Shown here in pieces: positions 41,050-59,000 of a DNA stretch of 64,000 nucleotides. Positions within the stretch are counted from its first letter, which is position 1. Each line of letters begins with the position of its first letter. The stretch is from the human T2T-CHM13v2.0 reference genome, Homo sapiens. The stretch lies in the NCBI RefSeq assembly GCF_009914755.1, contig NC_060932.1; one strand, written 5' to 3'. The notes beneath the pieces are model-generated. The model was not told where the DNA came from, did not search any database, and was given only the letters and a program-made list of their open reading frames with translations. The position numbers and the translations under genes are program-made.

Positions 41050-42445
41050 TGGCGGGGGGAGAGCCTGCTGTCTGTGGAGGGGCGGGGAGGGGAGAGCCCG
41101 CTCTCTGTGGAGGGGTTGGGAAGGCAGCGACCCGCTCTGTGTGGAGGGGCAGGGAGGGAAGTGTCCCCTCTGTGGAGGGGAAAGGAGGGAAGCGCAGGCT
41201 CTCTGTGGAGGGGAAAGGAAGGGAGCACCAGCTCTGTGTGGAGGGGTTGGGAGGGAAGCGCCCCCTCTGTGGAGGGGAAGAGAGGGAAGCGCAGGCTCTC
41301 TGTGGAGAGGAAGGGAAGGGAGAACGGGCTCTCTGTGGAGGGGTTGGGAGGGCAGCGCCCCGCTCTGTATGGAGGGGCAGGGAGGGAAGCGCCCCCTCTG
41401 TGGGGGGGAAAGGAGGGAAGCGCAGGCTCTCTGTGGAGAGGCGGGGAAGGGGAGCACCCGCTCTCTGTGGAGGGGTTGGGAGGGGAGCGTCCTTTCTGTG
41501 GAGGAGCCTGGAGAGGAGCGCCCGCCATCTGCGGAGGGGTTGGGAGAGGAGCACCCGCTGTCTGTGGAGGGGCTGGGAGGGAAGCGCAGGCTCTCTGTGG
41601 AGGGGCGGGGGGGGGGCACCCGCTCTCTGTGGAGGGGCGGGGGGGGGAGCGCCCAATGTCTGTGGAGGGGCAGGGAAGGAAGCGCGGGCTCTCTGTGGAG
41701 GGGCTGGGAGAGGAGCGCCCGCTCTCTGTAGAGGGGCGGGGAGGGGACCACCCGCTGTCTGTGGAGGGGCGGGGGGGGGGGAGCGCCCGCTGTCTGTGGA
41801 GGGGCGGGGGGGGGGAGCGCCCGCTCTCTGTGGAGGGGCGGGGAGGGGAGCGCCCGCTGTCTGTGGAGGGGCGGGGGGGGAGCGCCCGCTGTCTGTGGAG
41901 GGGCGGGGGGGGGGAGCGCCCGCTGTCTGTGGAGGGGGGGGGGAGCGCCCGCTGTCTGTGGAGGGGCGGGGGGGGGGAGCGCCCGCTGTCTGTGGAGGGG
42001 CGGGGGGGGGGAAGCGCCCGCTGTCTGTGGAGGGGCGGGGGGGGAAGCGCCCGCTGTCTGTGGAGGGGGGGGGAGCGCCCGCTGTCTGTGGAGGGGCGGG
42101 GGGGGGGGAGCGCCCGCTGTCTGTGGAGGGGCTGGGAAGGAAGCGCGGGCTCTCTGTGGAGGGGCTGGGAGGGGAGCGCCGGCTCTCTGTGGAGGGGCGG
42201 GGAGGGGAGCGCTCGCTCTGTGTGGAGTACTCTGTAGAGGGTCCTGGAGAGGAGCGTCAGCTCTCTGTGGAGGGGTTGGGAGGGGAGCGCCCCCTCTGGA
42301 GGGGAAGGGAGGGAAGCGCAGGCTATCTGTTGAGGGGTTGGGAGGGGAGTGCCTGCTCTCTGTGGAGTGGCCCGGAGAGGAGCGCCCGCTCTCTGGAGGG
42401 GAAGAGAGAGAAGCGCAGGCTCTCTGTGGAGGGCCTGAGAGGAGA
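41050..42445. repeat. ~1.4-kb G-rich VNTR, ~30-42-bp unit (CTGTGGAGGGGCG(G)nAGCGCCCGCTGT)
   Basis: Direct inspection. Confidence 0.95.
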
Positions 42446-44358
42446 GCGCCTGCAGCTTCCACACAGAGGGGCTGCTCTGGTCAGTGGTCCTTGGGGAAGG
42501 GAGCCTCAGAGGCATGGGGCGTGTGGCAGCCCCACAGAAAGTAAAGCATCTGCGTCAGCAGCATGCACTCAGCCTCTGGTGGTAGAAGTAACCCTTGAGG
42601 CAGGTGCTCTTCTCCCCATTTACCTGATGAGGTTGGCATCTGAAGTGGAATTCTTAGTGCCCATGCTCTTGTTAGAGATGGGTTTTTCCATTCAGAAGTT
42701 CAACATTTCATGGGATTAACCATGCTCAACTTCCCTTTGTTAATTCATCAATCACATTTATGCTTTTCAGCGTTCACTTTGTTTTCCCCATATTTCATTT
42801 TCCTTGAAGTTCTTTCTCTGTGCATTTACGTATGTACAAATGCATGTACGCAAGGAAATATTTTAACCAAATGACATACTTCAAAACATGCTTTTTTCAC
42901 TTGCTAGTATATCTTAGAGAACTTTTAACATCAGCACATATACATCTGTGTCATTTTTTGTTTTGTTTTGAGACGGGGTCTCGTTCTTTCACCCAGGTTG
43001 GAATGCAGTGGTGCAGTCATAGCTTACTGTAGCCTTGAGCTCCTGTGCTCAAGCAATTCTCCCACCTCAGCCTCCCAAGCAGCTGGGACTGCGGGTGTGC
43101 ACCACCACACTCTGCCAGTTTTTTTGTATTTTTGTAGAAATGGGGTCTACTTATGTTGCCCAGGCTGGTCTCAAACTCCTGGGTTCAAGTGATCCTCTTT
43201 TCTTGGCCTCCCAAAGTGCTGGGATTACAGAAGTGAGATGGGCATCTATGCCGTCTATGTCATTTTTAATTGTTTTTATTTGAAGTATAATACACATACA
43301 GAAAAATGTACACGTTAACTGTTCAGCTTCATGAATAATCACATAGTAAGCCTATGTATTTATTCACCAACCAGGTGAAGAAATGGGACATTGACAACAC
43401 CCAGGGGTGGCACTCTCAAGTCCCTCAGAAGGGGTGACTTCTAACAATAGAAGATAGTGTTGCAGTTTCAGGATGTTGTACAAAGAGAATTGTATGGTGT
43501 AAATAATTTTGTATCTGGCTTCTTTTCCTCAGTATTCTCTTGGTGAAATTTATACATATAGTACAGCTTATTTATTTTCACTCCCGTGAAGGATTCCAGT
43601 GAATTATCTACTACAGTGATTCATTTTGCCTGTGATGGGTAAATGGCTATATCCAGTATTTAACTGTTAATGCATAAGCCACTATTAACATTTGTCCTTT
43701 ACACAGTTAGTGTTTACCTAGATGTAGAATTTTGGGTTATAAAGTATGTATGTGTTCAAGTTGCATAGATAAACCCTTCTGTTTTTCCAAAGTAGCTGTT
43801 TATACCCCAATTTATACCCCACACCTTATGTCTCACAAGTGGCTTATGAGCATTATTGCTTCATGTCCTCACCAACATTGGTTGGTCTTTAATTTTAGCC
43901 ATTTTTGTGGGTATGTTATGAGGTCCTGCTTTGTTGCCCAGGCTGGTCTCCAACTCCTGGGCTCAAGCAATCCTCCCACCTTGGCCTCCCAAAGTACTGG
44001 GATTACAGGCGTGAGCCATTGCACCCAGCCAGAAGTCATCAAGTTTTCAATGAAAATATTGGAACATGATTGCAAGTTGAGGCCGTGGTTGGTCCCTGCA
44101 TGTCATTCTTTCAGTCCATGGTCCAGAGAGCTGTTTCTTGTGTTAGACACCAGGCCATCTCAGTTTAAGTGGCTGGGTATAAAAGTCTGAGGTATCTTAA
44201 TATGTTGCTTTCTTGTCTTCTAGAATCTGTTACTGCTATTGATAACTCATTGATGACTATCTGATTTGACTGGGATTTTCCTTATATATGATTTGGTCTT
44301 TTCTGCCTAGATGCCCAAAGGATTTTTATATATATATAAATCCTTTGCATATATATAG

Positions 44359-44380
44359 ACACACACACACACACACACAC
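44359..44380. repeat. (AC)n microsatellite next to TA runs
   Basis: Direct inspection. Confidence 0.85.
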
Positions 44381-45284
44381 GCATGCATGCCAGGATTACA
44401 GGCTGTTTTATATCTTAAAACCGGAAATTTTACTGTGTCTCAGTGTTGGCTATTCTGAGTTGATTTCCCCCCCAGGTCCATAGAGTGCGCATTCAGCATT
44501 TGCGTCAATTCTGTTTTATCTCAAGAGACCTTGTTTTTCAGTCATAGCATTTCAGTACCCCATGACTTCGGAAGCCTTCTCTGGGATTCCCTGTTACATG
44601 TGTGTTGTGTCATTGTTGCCTATCTTAGATACTTTTATAAATCAAATTTTTGAAAGGCTTTTGGCCTCCAGTCATATTTTCTTCCAGAATTTTATTTTCT
44701 AAAATTGAACATAATCTTCAATAGAAATGCAGTAAAATGCATAAATCTTAACTGTATACTTGGTGACATTTTACACATTGTTCACCCATATGACTACCAC
44801 TCAAATCAAAATGTGGAACATTTTTCTAAAACCCAAAAAGTTTTGCTTGTATTTATTTTCAGCTAACACCTACACCTACTGTTAAGAAGTGACCTCTTTT
44901 ATGAGGTCACAGCGCAGGCTTGTGCTCTGTCGCCCAGGCTGGAGTGCGGTGGCACGATCACAGCTCACTGCAGCCTTGACTTCACGGGTTCAAGGGATCT
45001 TCCTGCCTCGGCCTCCTGAGTGGCTGGGACTGCAGGAGTGTACCCGGCCCACCGTTATGACTTCTGTCACCATAATTAATTCTGCCTGCTGTTGAGTTCC
45101 ATGTAGATGGGCTAGTTGTAGGAGGACCCTTCGTGAGCGTAGGCATTCACTGAGCACGGTGCTGCTGTCAGTGCACTCTTCTTTACTGCTAAGTTGTATT
45201 CTGTTACATTTTCTGAATTTAAAAGTTATTTGTTTTCCTGTTAACAGACACTTGGGTTGTTCATGTTCTTTTTTTTTTTTTTGA

Positions 45285-45877
<593 letters not shown>

Positions 45878-45995
45878 TTAAAAGAGAGAGAAAAGAAATT
45901 TAAAAAAAAAAATGGAAGTTCCCTGGTGAGTAAATTGATGAAGCACCTTTTCATATGCTTATTGACCTTCAGATATATTTGCGTATATATGTTGA

Positions 45996-46265
<270 letters not shown>

Positions 46266-47199
46266 TGATCTACCCACCTTGGCCTCCCAAAGTGCTGGGA
46301 TTACAGGCGTGAGCCACCACGCCCGACCCCTGTTCAGGTCTTTTGCCCATTTTGATTGATTTATAGAGAGAGGGTCTCACTACGTTACCCAGGCTAGAGT
46401 GCAGTGCTGTGATCATAGCTTACCACATCCTCGGCCTCCTGGGCTCAAGCGATCCTTCTGCCCCAGCCTCCAGAGTAGCCTGGGTTACAGGAGTGCACTA
46501 CCATGCCCAGCTGTTGTTCATTTAACAACTGGGTTGTTTGTCGTTTTATTATGATTATTTTGTAGTGTTCTTTATTGGATACATAGAGACATAAATATAT
46601 GTTTTTATGATTAGTACCTTTATGTCTAAGAAACCTTTGCCTGCTCAGAAGTCATGAAGATATTCTTCTATATTTTCTTTTAGATGCTTTATTGTTTGAG
46701 CTTGCAAATTTATGTCTGTGATTCATCTTTTACTAATGTTTGGGTGTGAGTGAAATGTAGGGGGCAAGGTGTGTTTTTTTTTAATTACCTTTTTTTTTTT
46801 TTTTGAGACAGAGTTTTGCTGTTGTTGCCCAGGCTGGAGTGCAGTGGTGCGATCTCAGCTCGCTGAAGCCTCCACCTCCCAGGTTCAAGTGATTCTCCTG
46901 CCTCAGCCTCCCGAGTATCTGGGATTACAGGCACATGCCATCACACCGGCTAATTTTGTATTTTTAGTAGAGACAGGATTTTGCCATGTTGATCAGGCTG
47001 GTCTCAAACTCCTGACCTCAGGTGATCCGCCCGCCTCGGCCTCCCAAAATGTTGGGATTACAGGCGTGAGCCACCACACCCGGCCTGCAAGGTTATTTTT
47101 ATATGGATGTCCAGTTGTTCCAGTCTCACTTGTTGAAAAGACTTTACTTTCTCCATTGAATTGCTTCTGTGCCTTGGTACAAGGTCAGGTAACCTTATG

Positions 47200-47785
<586 letters not shown>

Positions 47786-47865
47786 TGAACTCCTGATCTC
47801 AGGTGATCCACCTGCCTCAGCCTCCCAAAGTGCTGGCATTACAGGCATGAGCCAATGCACTCGGC

Positions 47866-47870
<5 letters not shown>

Positions 47871-47898
<28 letters not shown>
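47871..47898. repeat. (TG)n microsatellite
   Basis: Direct inspection. Confidence 0.9.
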
Positions 47899-47901
<3 letters not shown>

Positions 47902-49119
47902 AGTGGAGACGGAGTTTCGCCATGTTAGTCAGGCTGGTCTCAAACTCCTGGACTCAAGTGATCTGCCCGCCTCAGCCTCCCAAAGTGCTGGGATTATAGG
48001 CCAATATCACAGTTTCTCAGTTGTTTTAGTTTTATCCTAAGGCTTTAAATCTGGTAGAGGATGTCCTTCAACTTTATTCTTCTTCAAGATTGTTCATCCC
48101 CATTGAAAAATCGTTAGTATAGGCCGGGCACGGTGGCTCAAACGCCTGTAATCCCGGCACTTTGGGAGGCTGAGGCAGGCGGATCACGAGGTTAGGAGAT
48201 TGAGATCATCCTGGCTAACACAGTGAAACCCCGTCTCTACAAAAAATACAAAAAATTAGCTGGGCGTGGTGGCGGGCGCCTGTAGTTCCAGCTACTTGGG
48301 AGGCTGAGGCAGAGAATGGTGTGAACCCAGGAGGCAGAGCTTGCAGTGAGCTGAGATGGTGCCACTGCACTCCAGCCTGGGCGACAGAGTGAGACTCCGT
48401 CTCAAAAAAAAAAAAAAGAAAAAAGAAAAATCGTTAGTATAAAAGAAATCATGGAAGGGCACAGTGGCTCACACCTGTAATCCTAGCACTTTGGGATCCC
48501 GTAGCAAGCAGATCGCTTTATCCTAGGAGCTTCAGACTAGGCTGAAAAACATGGTGAAACCCTGTCTCTACTAAAAATAAAAAAAGCCAGGTGTGGTAGC
48601 ATGCATCTGTAGTCCCAGCTACTCTGGGGACTGAGGTGAGAGGATCACCTGAGCCCAGGAGGTCGAGGCTGCAGTGAGCTGTGACGGTGCCACTGCATTT
48701 CAGCCTTGGCTACAGAGTGAGACCCTGTCTCAAAAAAAAAAAAAAAAAGGGAAGGAAATGTAGAAACCACATAAAACAAATGTGTGACTTATTACATATC
48801 ATTCTAAGACAACAACATCAGATCTACCACCAGGTCTTTTGGACTGAAGTTGCCACCGAGACGCCCCTCCTTGCATCCTATTCCAGTCACAGTTCTTCAC
48901 TCCCCAACAAGTAACAGCTATCCTGATTTTTATAGTAATCACTCCCTTATGATTAGCTGTGTCCACTTTAAAAGCCTACCTATGGCCGGGTGCGGTGGCT
49001 CACACCTGTAATCCTAGCATTTTGGGAGCCTGAGAGGGGCGGATCACTTGAGGTCAGGAATTTGAGACCAGCCTGGCCAATACAGGGAAACCCTGTCTCT
49101 ACTAAAAATACAAAAATTA

Positions 49120-49296
<177 letters not shown>

Positions 49297-49299
49297 TTA

Positions 49300-49530
<231 letters not shown>

Positions 49531-51439
49531 CTATATATATATACATTCAAATTTATATAGAGATAATAATGTATAAATATATTTTTACATAGATTTAAGT
49601 CTTTTTTTGGAGGCTTGACCATTGGTGATTTTGTTTATTTTTAGTGTGGTAAAATACATGCAATATAAAATTTAGCATCTTAATCGTTTTTAAGCAAATG
49701 CTTCAGTAGTGTTAAGTACATTCTCATTGTCAGGCAACTGTCACCACCATCTGCCTCCACAACTCTTTTCATCTTGCAAAACTGAAACTCCGTGCCTGTG
49801 AAACAGCAACTCCCCATATTTAAGTCCCTCATAAGCTACAGGTTCCCCTCCGTTCTTCTCTTTCTCTTATAATTTATCTGTAGAAGAACCTGGCTGTTTA
49901 TTCTGTGGATTTGCTCATCGTTGAGTTTTGCTGACTGCATTGTCAAGGTGCAAGTCAACATGTTTCTCTGCCATCTGAATTTCTAGCACATTGGCAGCTG
50001 GATTCAGAAACAGATTCAGACTCAAGCTCAGTCCCTTGGGCAAGACGATAGGAGTCATGTGATATGTGGTATTCTCTCCTTTGAACGTCAGTCTTAGCAG
50101 CATTGATGCTGAATGCCTGTATCCATTAATTAATTAATTGGTGGGAGGATGATACTATAATTCTATCATTTATTTTTCATTAAGTGGAACACCTTGACAA
50201 AGAGATACTTGCCCCAGGTACCATTTGCTTACCCAGGGGTATGGTTCATATAAGAAAGGCAGGGTTGGCCGGGCACAGTGGCTCATGCCTGTAATCCCAG
50301 CACTTTGGGAGGCGGAGGCAGGTGGATCACGAGGTCAGGAGTTCAAGACCAGCCTGACCAACATGGTGAAACCCCCCTCCCTACTAAAAAATACAAAAAT
50401 TAGCCAGGCATGGTGATGCGGGCCTGTAATCCCAGCTAATCCAGGAGGCTGAGGCAGAGAATCGCTTAAACCCAGGAGACAGAGGTTGCAGTGAGCCAAG
50501 ATTGCGACACTGCACTCCAGCCTGTGCGACAAGAGTGAAATTCCGTCTCAAAAAAAAAAAAAAGAAAAAGAAAGGTAGGTTCAGCCCTTGATTCTTTTGT
50601 GTTTTTATTTATCAGTTTTCAAGGTAGTGGATTGGTTTCCTATCACCCTCCAGAGGTGGTTTGGAAGGACGCATTTGATGGCTTCAATCCAGAGCAGTCA
50701 TCACCATCACCGAAGCTCAGATCGTCTCATCTTTGGCAAGCGGCAGCCTCTTGAGATCTGAATCCCTCTGATACGGCCCTGCTGGTCTTTGGCAGCTCAT
50801 GTTTTAGGCTTCTTTCATCTGTTTCTTGCTTTAGACCTGGAATTGGCCATTTCTACAAAAATAGCCCTGGTTCCTTTTAGTGAGAAGCTGTGTTGTTTTT
50901 TTGTTTGTTTGTTTGTTTGTTTGTTTGTTTTTGAGATGGAGTCTCACTCTGTCGCCCAGGGTGGAGTGTAGCGGCTCAAACACGGCTCACTGCAACCCTA
51001 ACCTCCTGGGCTTAAGGGATCCTCCTGTCTCAGCCTCCTAAGTAGCTGGGACTTGCAGGTGCACACCACCACACCTGGCTAATTTTTCTATTTTTTGTAG
51101 AGATGGGGTCTCACTATGTTGCCCAGGCTGGTCCTGGATTCCTGGGCTCAAGTGATCCACTTGCCTCGGCCTCCCAAAGTACTGGCATTACAGGTATGAG
51201 TCACTGCACCTAGCCAAGAAGTTACCTTTTAAGACAGTAGTCTGTTTCTGGAGGGCTCATTACTTCTGGATGGTTACTATTCCTGGGCCTTTTCAGTAGA
51301 CAGAGCTAGGAAATATCTCTATCAGTAGATAGATAAAATACCTTATGAGTTCATGTTGATACTTCCAGTTCAACATATGGACCTCAGAGATTTTTACCTC
51401 TCTTCTGTTACTTTTTTTTTTTTTTTTTTTTTTTTTTGA

Positions 51440-51631
<192 letters not shown>

Positions 51632-51821
51632 TGATCTTGAGCTCCTGATCTCAAGTGATCCACCTGCCCCGGCCTCCCAAAGTGTTGGGATTACAGGCAT
51701 GAGCCACCGCATCTAACCTCTTTTCTGTTACGTCTCTATCTCTGTTCTCAGGAATCCAGTTCTCAAGGTTAATAGAATTGGACTATCCCATAATTACCAT
51801 TTGTTTGATCTCGTTACACAG

Positions 51822-51949
51822 GCAGCACTAACACCAGAATAACACTGATGTTGCCATCAGCAGTCACACGACTGAAACATGAGGACTGCCCTGCACGTGC
51901 TGCTCCGCAGCCTGCTGATCTAACGGCCGCGCCCGCGTCTGTTGCTTGA
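51822..51949 (+). CDS. MROH1: Alternative terminal coding exon of a short MROH1 isoform (GSTNTRITLMLPSAVTRLKHEDCPARAAPQPADLTAAPASVA*, 380+42=422 aa)
   Basis: gttacacag acceptor in phase 1 with the 39358 donor; TGA 51947-51949; downstream AATAAA 52274; I recall a ~422-aa MROH1 isoform but cannot verify it here. Confidence 0.7.
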
Positions 51950-52247
51950 GTCACCACGGCTGTTACATCCCGTGCTCTCCCTTCTCTGCCTTCTTGGTGT
52001 TGGTTCTGCGGGCGACTGCCCATGTGGCCCTCAGCCCCATCCTCTGTTCATGGCTCTCTGCCACTCTTGTTGTCCAAAGCTCTTTCTCTGTAGGTTCCAT
52101 GGGAAGAGCTCATGGGAACATGATCTTCGACCTCATGCTTGCTGATCATAGTTTATTGTGCCTTTTATCGTTGATGGTTTTGCTGGTTACAGGATTCTTG
52201 GCTGACATTTCCTTGAGTGTCTTAAGTTATTCCATATTCTTCTGGCA

Positions 52248-52689
52248 GAGAGTTGCCAGATTTAGCAAAAACAAATAAACAGGATGCCCCGAATATTGTG
52301 TGGGACATTTTTGTACTGAAAACATGATTTGCTGGGCTGGGAGCGGTGGTTCGCGTCTGTAATCCCAGTACTTTGGGAGGCCAAGGCAGGCAGATCATTT
52401 GAGGTCAGGAGTTCAAGAACAGCCTGGGTAACATGGTGAAACCCCGTTTCTGCTAAAAATACAAAAATTAGCTGGGTGTGGTGGCGTGTGCCTATAATCC
52501 CAGCTACTCAGGAGGCTGAGGCAGGAGGATCACTTGAGCCTGGGAAGCAGAGGTTGCAGTGAGCCAAGATCACACACTGCACTCCAGCCTGGGCAGCAGA
52601 GCAAGACTCCGTCTCAAAAAAAAAATTATTTATTGTTTATCTGAAATTCAAATTTAACTGAGCATCTCATATTTTATCTGGCAACCCTA
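52248..52689. mobile_element. MER53 (hAT-type palindromic MITE) interrupted by an Alu (~52331-52625)
   Basis: Ends GAGAGTTGCCAGATTTAGC... and ...TATCTGGCAACCCTA; 8-bp TSD TTCTGGCA at 52240-52247 and 52690-52697. Confidence 0.85.
52274..52279 (+). terminator. AATAAA polyadenylation signal for the short isoform, inside MER53
   Basis: First canonical hexamer after the 51949 stop, followed by GT/T-rich sequence. Confidence 0.6.
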
Positions 52690-53597
52690 TTCTGGCATAA
52701 AGCATTGTTATCGAAGTCTGATGATAATCTAATTTTCTATCCTCTTAGATGCCATGGGGTTTTTTTTTGTTTCTTTGTTTTGGTTTTGTTTTCTGATGTC
52801 CAAAAGATGTTCTTCTTTTTCTTTAAAACACAGTAATTTCATAGAATATCCTGATGTTGGTCCTGCAGTGTCCTGCAGTTGGAACAGAGCCCTGCTCCTC
52901 ACCACGGCCTTTCTGCTCCCACCAGCAACCTGGGCCAAGCTCCCACCAGGGACCTCTCCTTGGCCACACTCGGCTGCCTGATGTTGGAGGCTCTTCCAGC
53001 CTGGAATCATCTTTCTGTGGCTCCCACATAGCCAGCTCTCTTCCTTTGAGTCTTAGCTTCAGGGTCACTTTTCAGAATAGCCCTTGGTGTTGACCCCCTT
53101 CTTCCAGTGCAGCACCCCCATGAATATGTTTCTCAGCCTCTCGTCTGCACCTCTCCTGATGCTGCCACAGTGTGTGGTGATCTTATTTACTGTCCAGTTG
53201 TCTTTGTGTCTTTTCCATTAGGACATAAGCTACTTGAGGGCAAGCCCCATCTGCCTTATAAAGGGCCTAGCAGGGAGTTGGCCTCCCCATAAACTTGAGG
53301 AGTGAATAAAATATTGCAGGTAAACCCCGGTGCATGTGAAATGTTATCGGTGACCGTAACTTTTGGTTTTTCCTTGGTGCTTTTTAGTTTGTTTGTTGTC
53401 TTGAATCTCAGGGACATGGGCCTGAATGGGCCCAAATCCTCAGCCACACCCTGGCTTGCTTGTGTTCTGCATTCTCGTGTGGGGCCGCGGCCACCCCAGC
53501 CATTGTTCGTTCCCTTTGTCTCCTCTTCTGGGAGGCAACTGCTCATGGCTCATGTCCATTTTTCTATTGGGTTGTTCGTTTATATTCTTTAACTTTT

Positions 53598-54022
53598 TGT
53601 ATTAGGGTTCTCTAGAGGGACAGAACTAATAGGATACATGTGTATATGAAGGGGAATTTCACGATCACAGGGTCCCACAATAGGTGGTCTGCAAGCTGAG
53701 GAGCAAGGAAGCCAGTCCCAGTCCCACAGCTGAAGCACCTGGAGTCTGATGTTGGAGGGCAGGAAGCATCCAGCACGGGAGAAAGATGCAGGCTGGGAGG
53801 CTAAGCCAGTCTAGTCTTTCCACATTCTTCTTCCCGCATTTATTCTGGCCATGCTGGCATCTGATTAGATGGTGCCCACCAAGATTGAGGATGGGTCTGC
53901 CTTTCCCAGTCCACTGACTCAAATGTTAATCTCCTTTGGTGACACCCTCACAGACACATCCAGGAACAATACTTTGCATCCTTCACTCTAATTAAGTTGA
54001 CACTCAACTATCAACCATCAAA
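53598..54022 (-). mobile_element. MLT2A-type (HERV-L) solo LTR
   Basis: TGTATTAGGGTTCTCTAGAGGGACAGAACTAATAGG...GTTGACACTC..AACCATCA; CTTTT on both sides (5-bp TSD). Confidence 0.85.
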
Positions 54023-54053
54023 CTTTTTAATCTTTTATTGGGAAATACAAATA

Positions 54054-56569
<2,516 letters not shown>

Positions 56570-56668
56570 TGACCACACCTGCCTAATTTTTGTGAGACCA
56601 GACCTTATTGTTTTAGTTTTGCTGCTATTGTGTGAGTCCCTACCTCTTTATCCAGTAGGGCATTGTCA

Positions 56669-56889
56669 GGATCCCTCTGGGTGGCTGTGTTAGTGGCCCA
56701 GTATCCCTCGGGTGGCTGCGTTAGAGGCCCGGGATCCCTCTGGGTGGCTGCGTTAGCAGCCCAGGATCCCTCTGGGTGGCTGCGTTAGCGGCCCAGGATC
56801 CCTCTGGGTGGCTGCGTTAGTGGCCCAGGATCCCTCTGGGTGGCTGCGTTAGTGGCCCAGGATCCCTCTGGGTGGCTGTGTTAGTGCCC
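56669..56889. repeat. 32-bp minisatellite x7 (GGATCCCTCTGGGTGGCTGCGTTAGTGGCCCA)
   Basis: Unit starts 56669, 56701, 56732, 56764, 56796, 56828, 56860. Confidence 0.95.
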
Positions 56890-57444
56890 GTCTACTCAAT
56901 TCCATTGCTGTGTCTTGCCCCATGGCTTGGAAGCCAGCGCCCCGTCAGCCCCTATCCTAGTGTGGTGTGTGCTTGGGCTCTTGGCAGTTTGCTGTCATAA
57001 ACAGGCCGCCCTGCATATGTCAGAGCTCCTCTGGTGCAGGAACATTACCCGAGATGGACTTGCTGGGTCTCAGGTGTGTGTATCCTCTGCCTTTTAGATG
57101 ATGCCGAGGTGTTTTCCAAAGTCCCCATGCCAGTTTCTCCAGCAGCCTCCAAGCATTCTACCTGTTCCAGCATCCTTACTCCCATGAGGTTTTGCACCGG
57201 ACTCCTGCACCTATTCCAGTCAGGCCGTCATCCTGTGTCTCTCTGGCCAGCGGGGAAGCCCAGTGGCGTTGCGTGGGTGTTGGCCCTTGAGATTTTTTTT
57301 CACATCTTTCGTCTTTCTGTTGATGAGTCTTGTTCTCATCAACTTGTTGGAATTCCCTGCACCCTTTGCTGTGTCCACCACAGTGGCTGTCCTTCCAGCT
57401 CAATTCATACTATTTTGATTAACAGAAATTCTGAACTTCACTGA

Positions 57445-59000
<1,556 letters not shown>

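Noticed and set aside
40937-42719. Long ORFs (400-565 aa) on both strands
   Set aside because: Stop-free translation of the G-rich VNTR; low-complexity products and no splice or initiation support.
56669-56889. CRISPR-like appearance of the 32-bp (and 58-bp) arrays
   Set aside because: Head-to-tail repeats with no unique spacers and no cas genes; primate intron.
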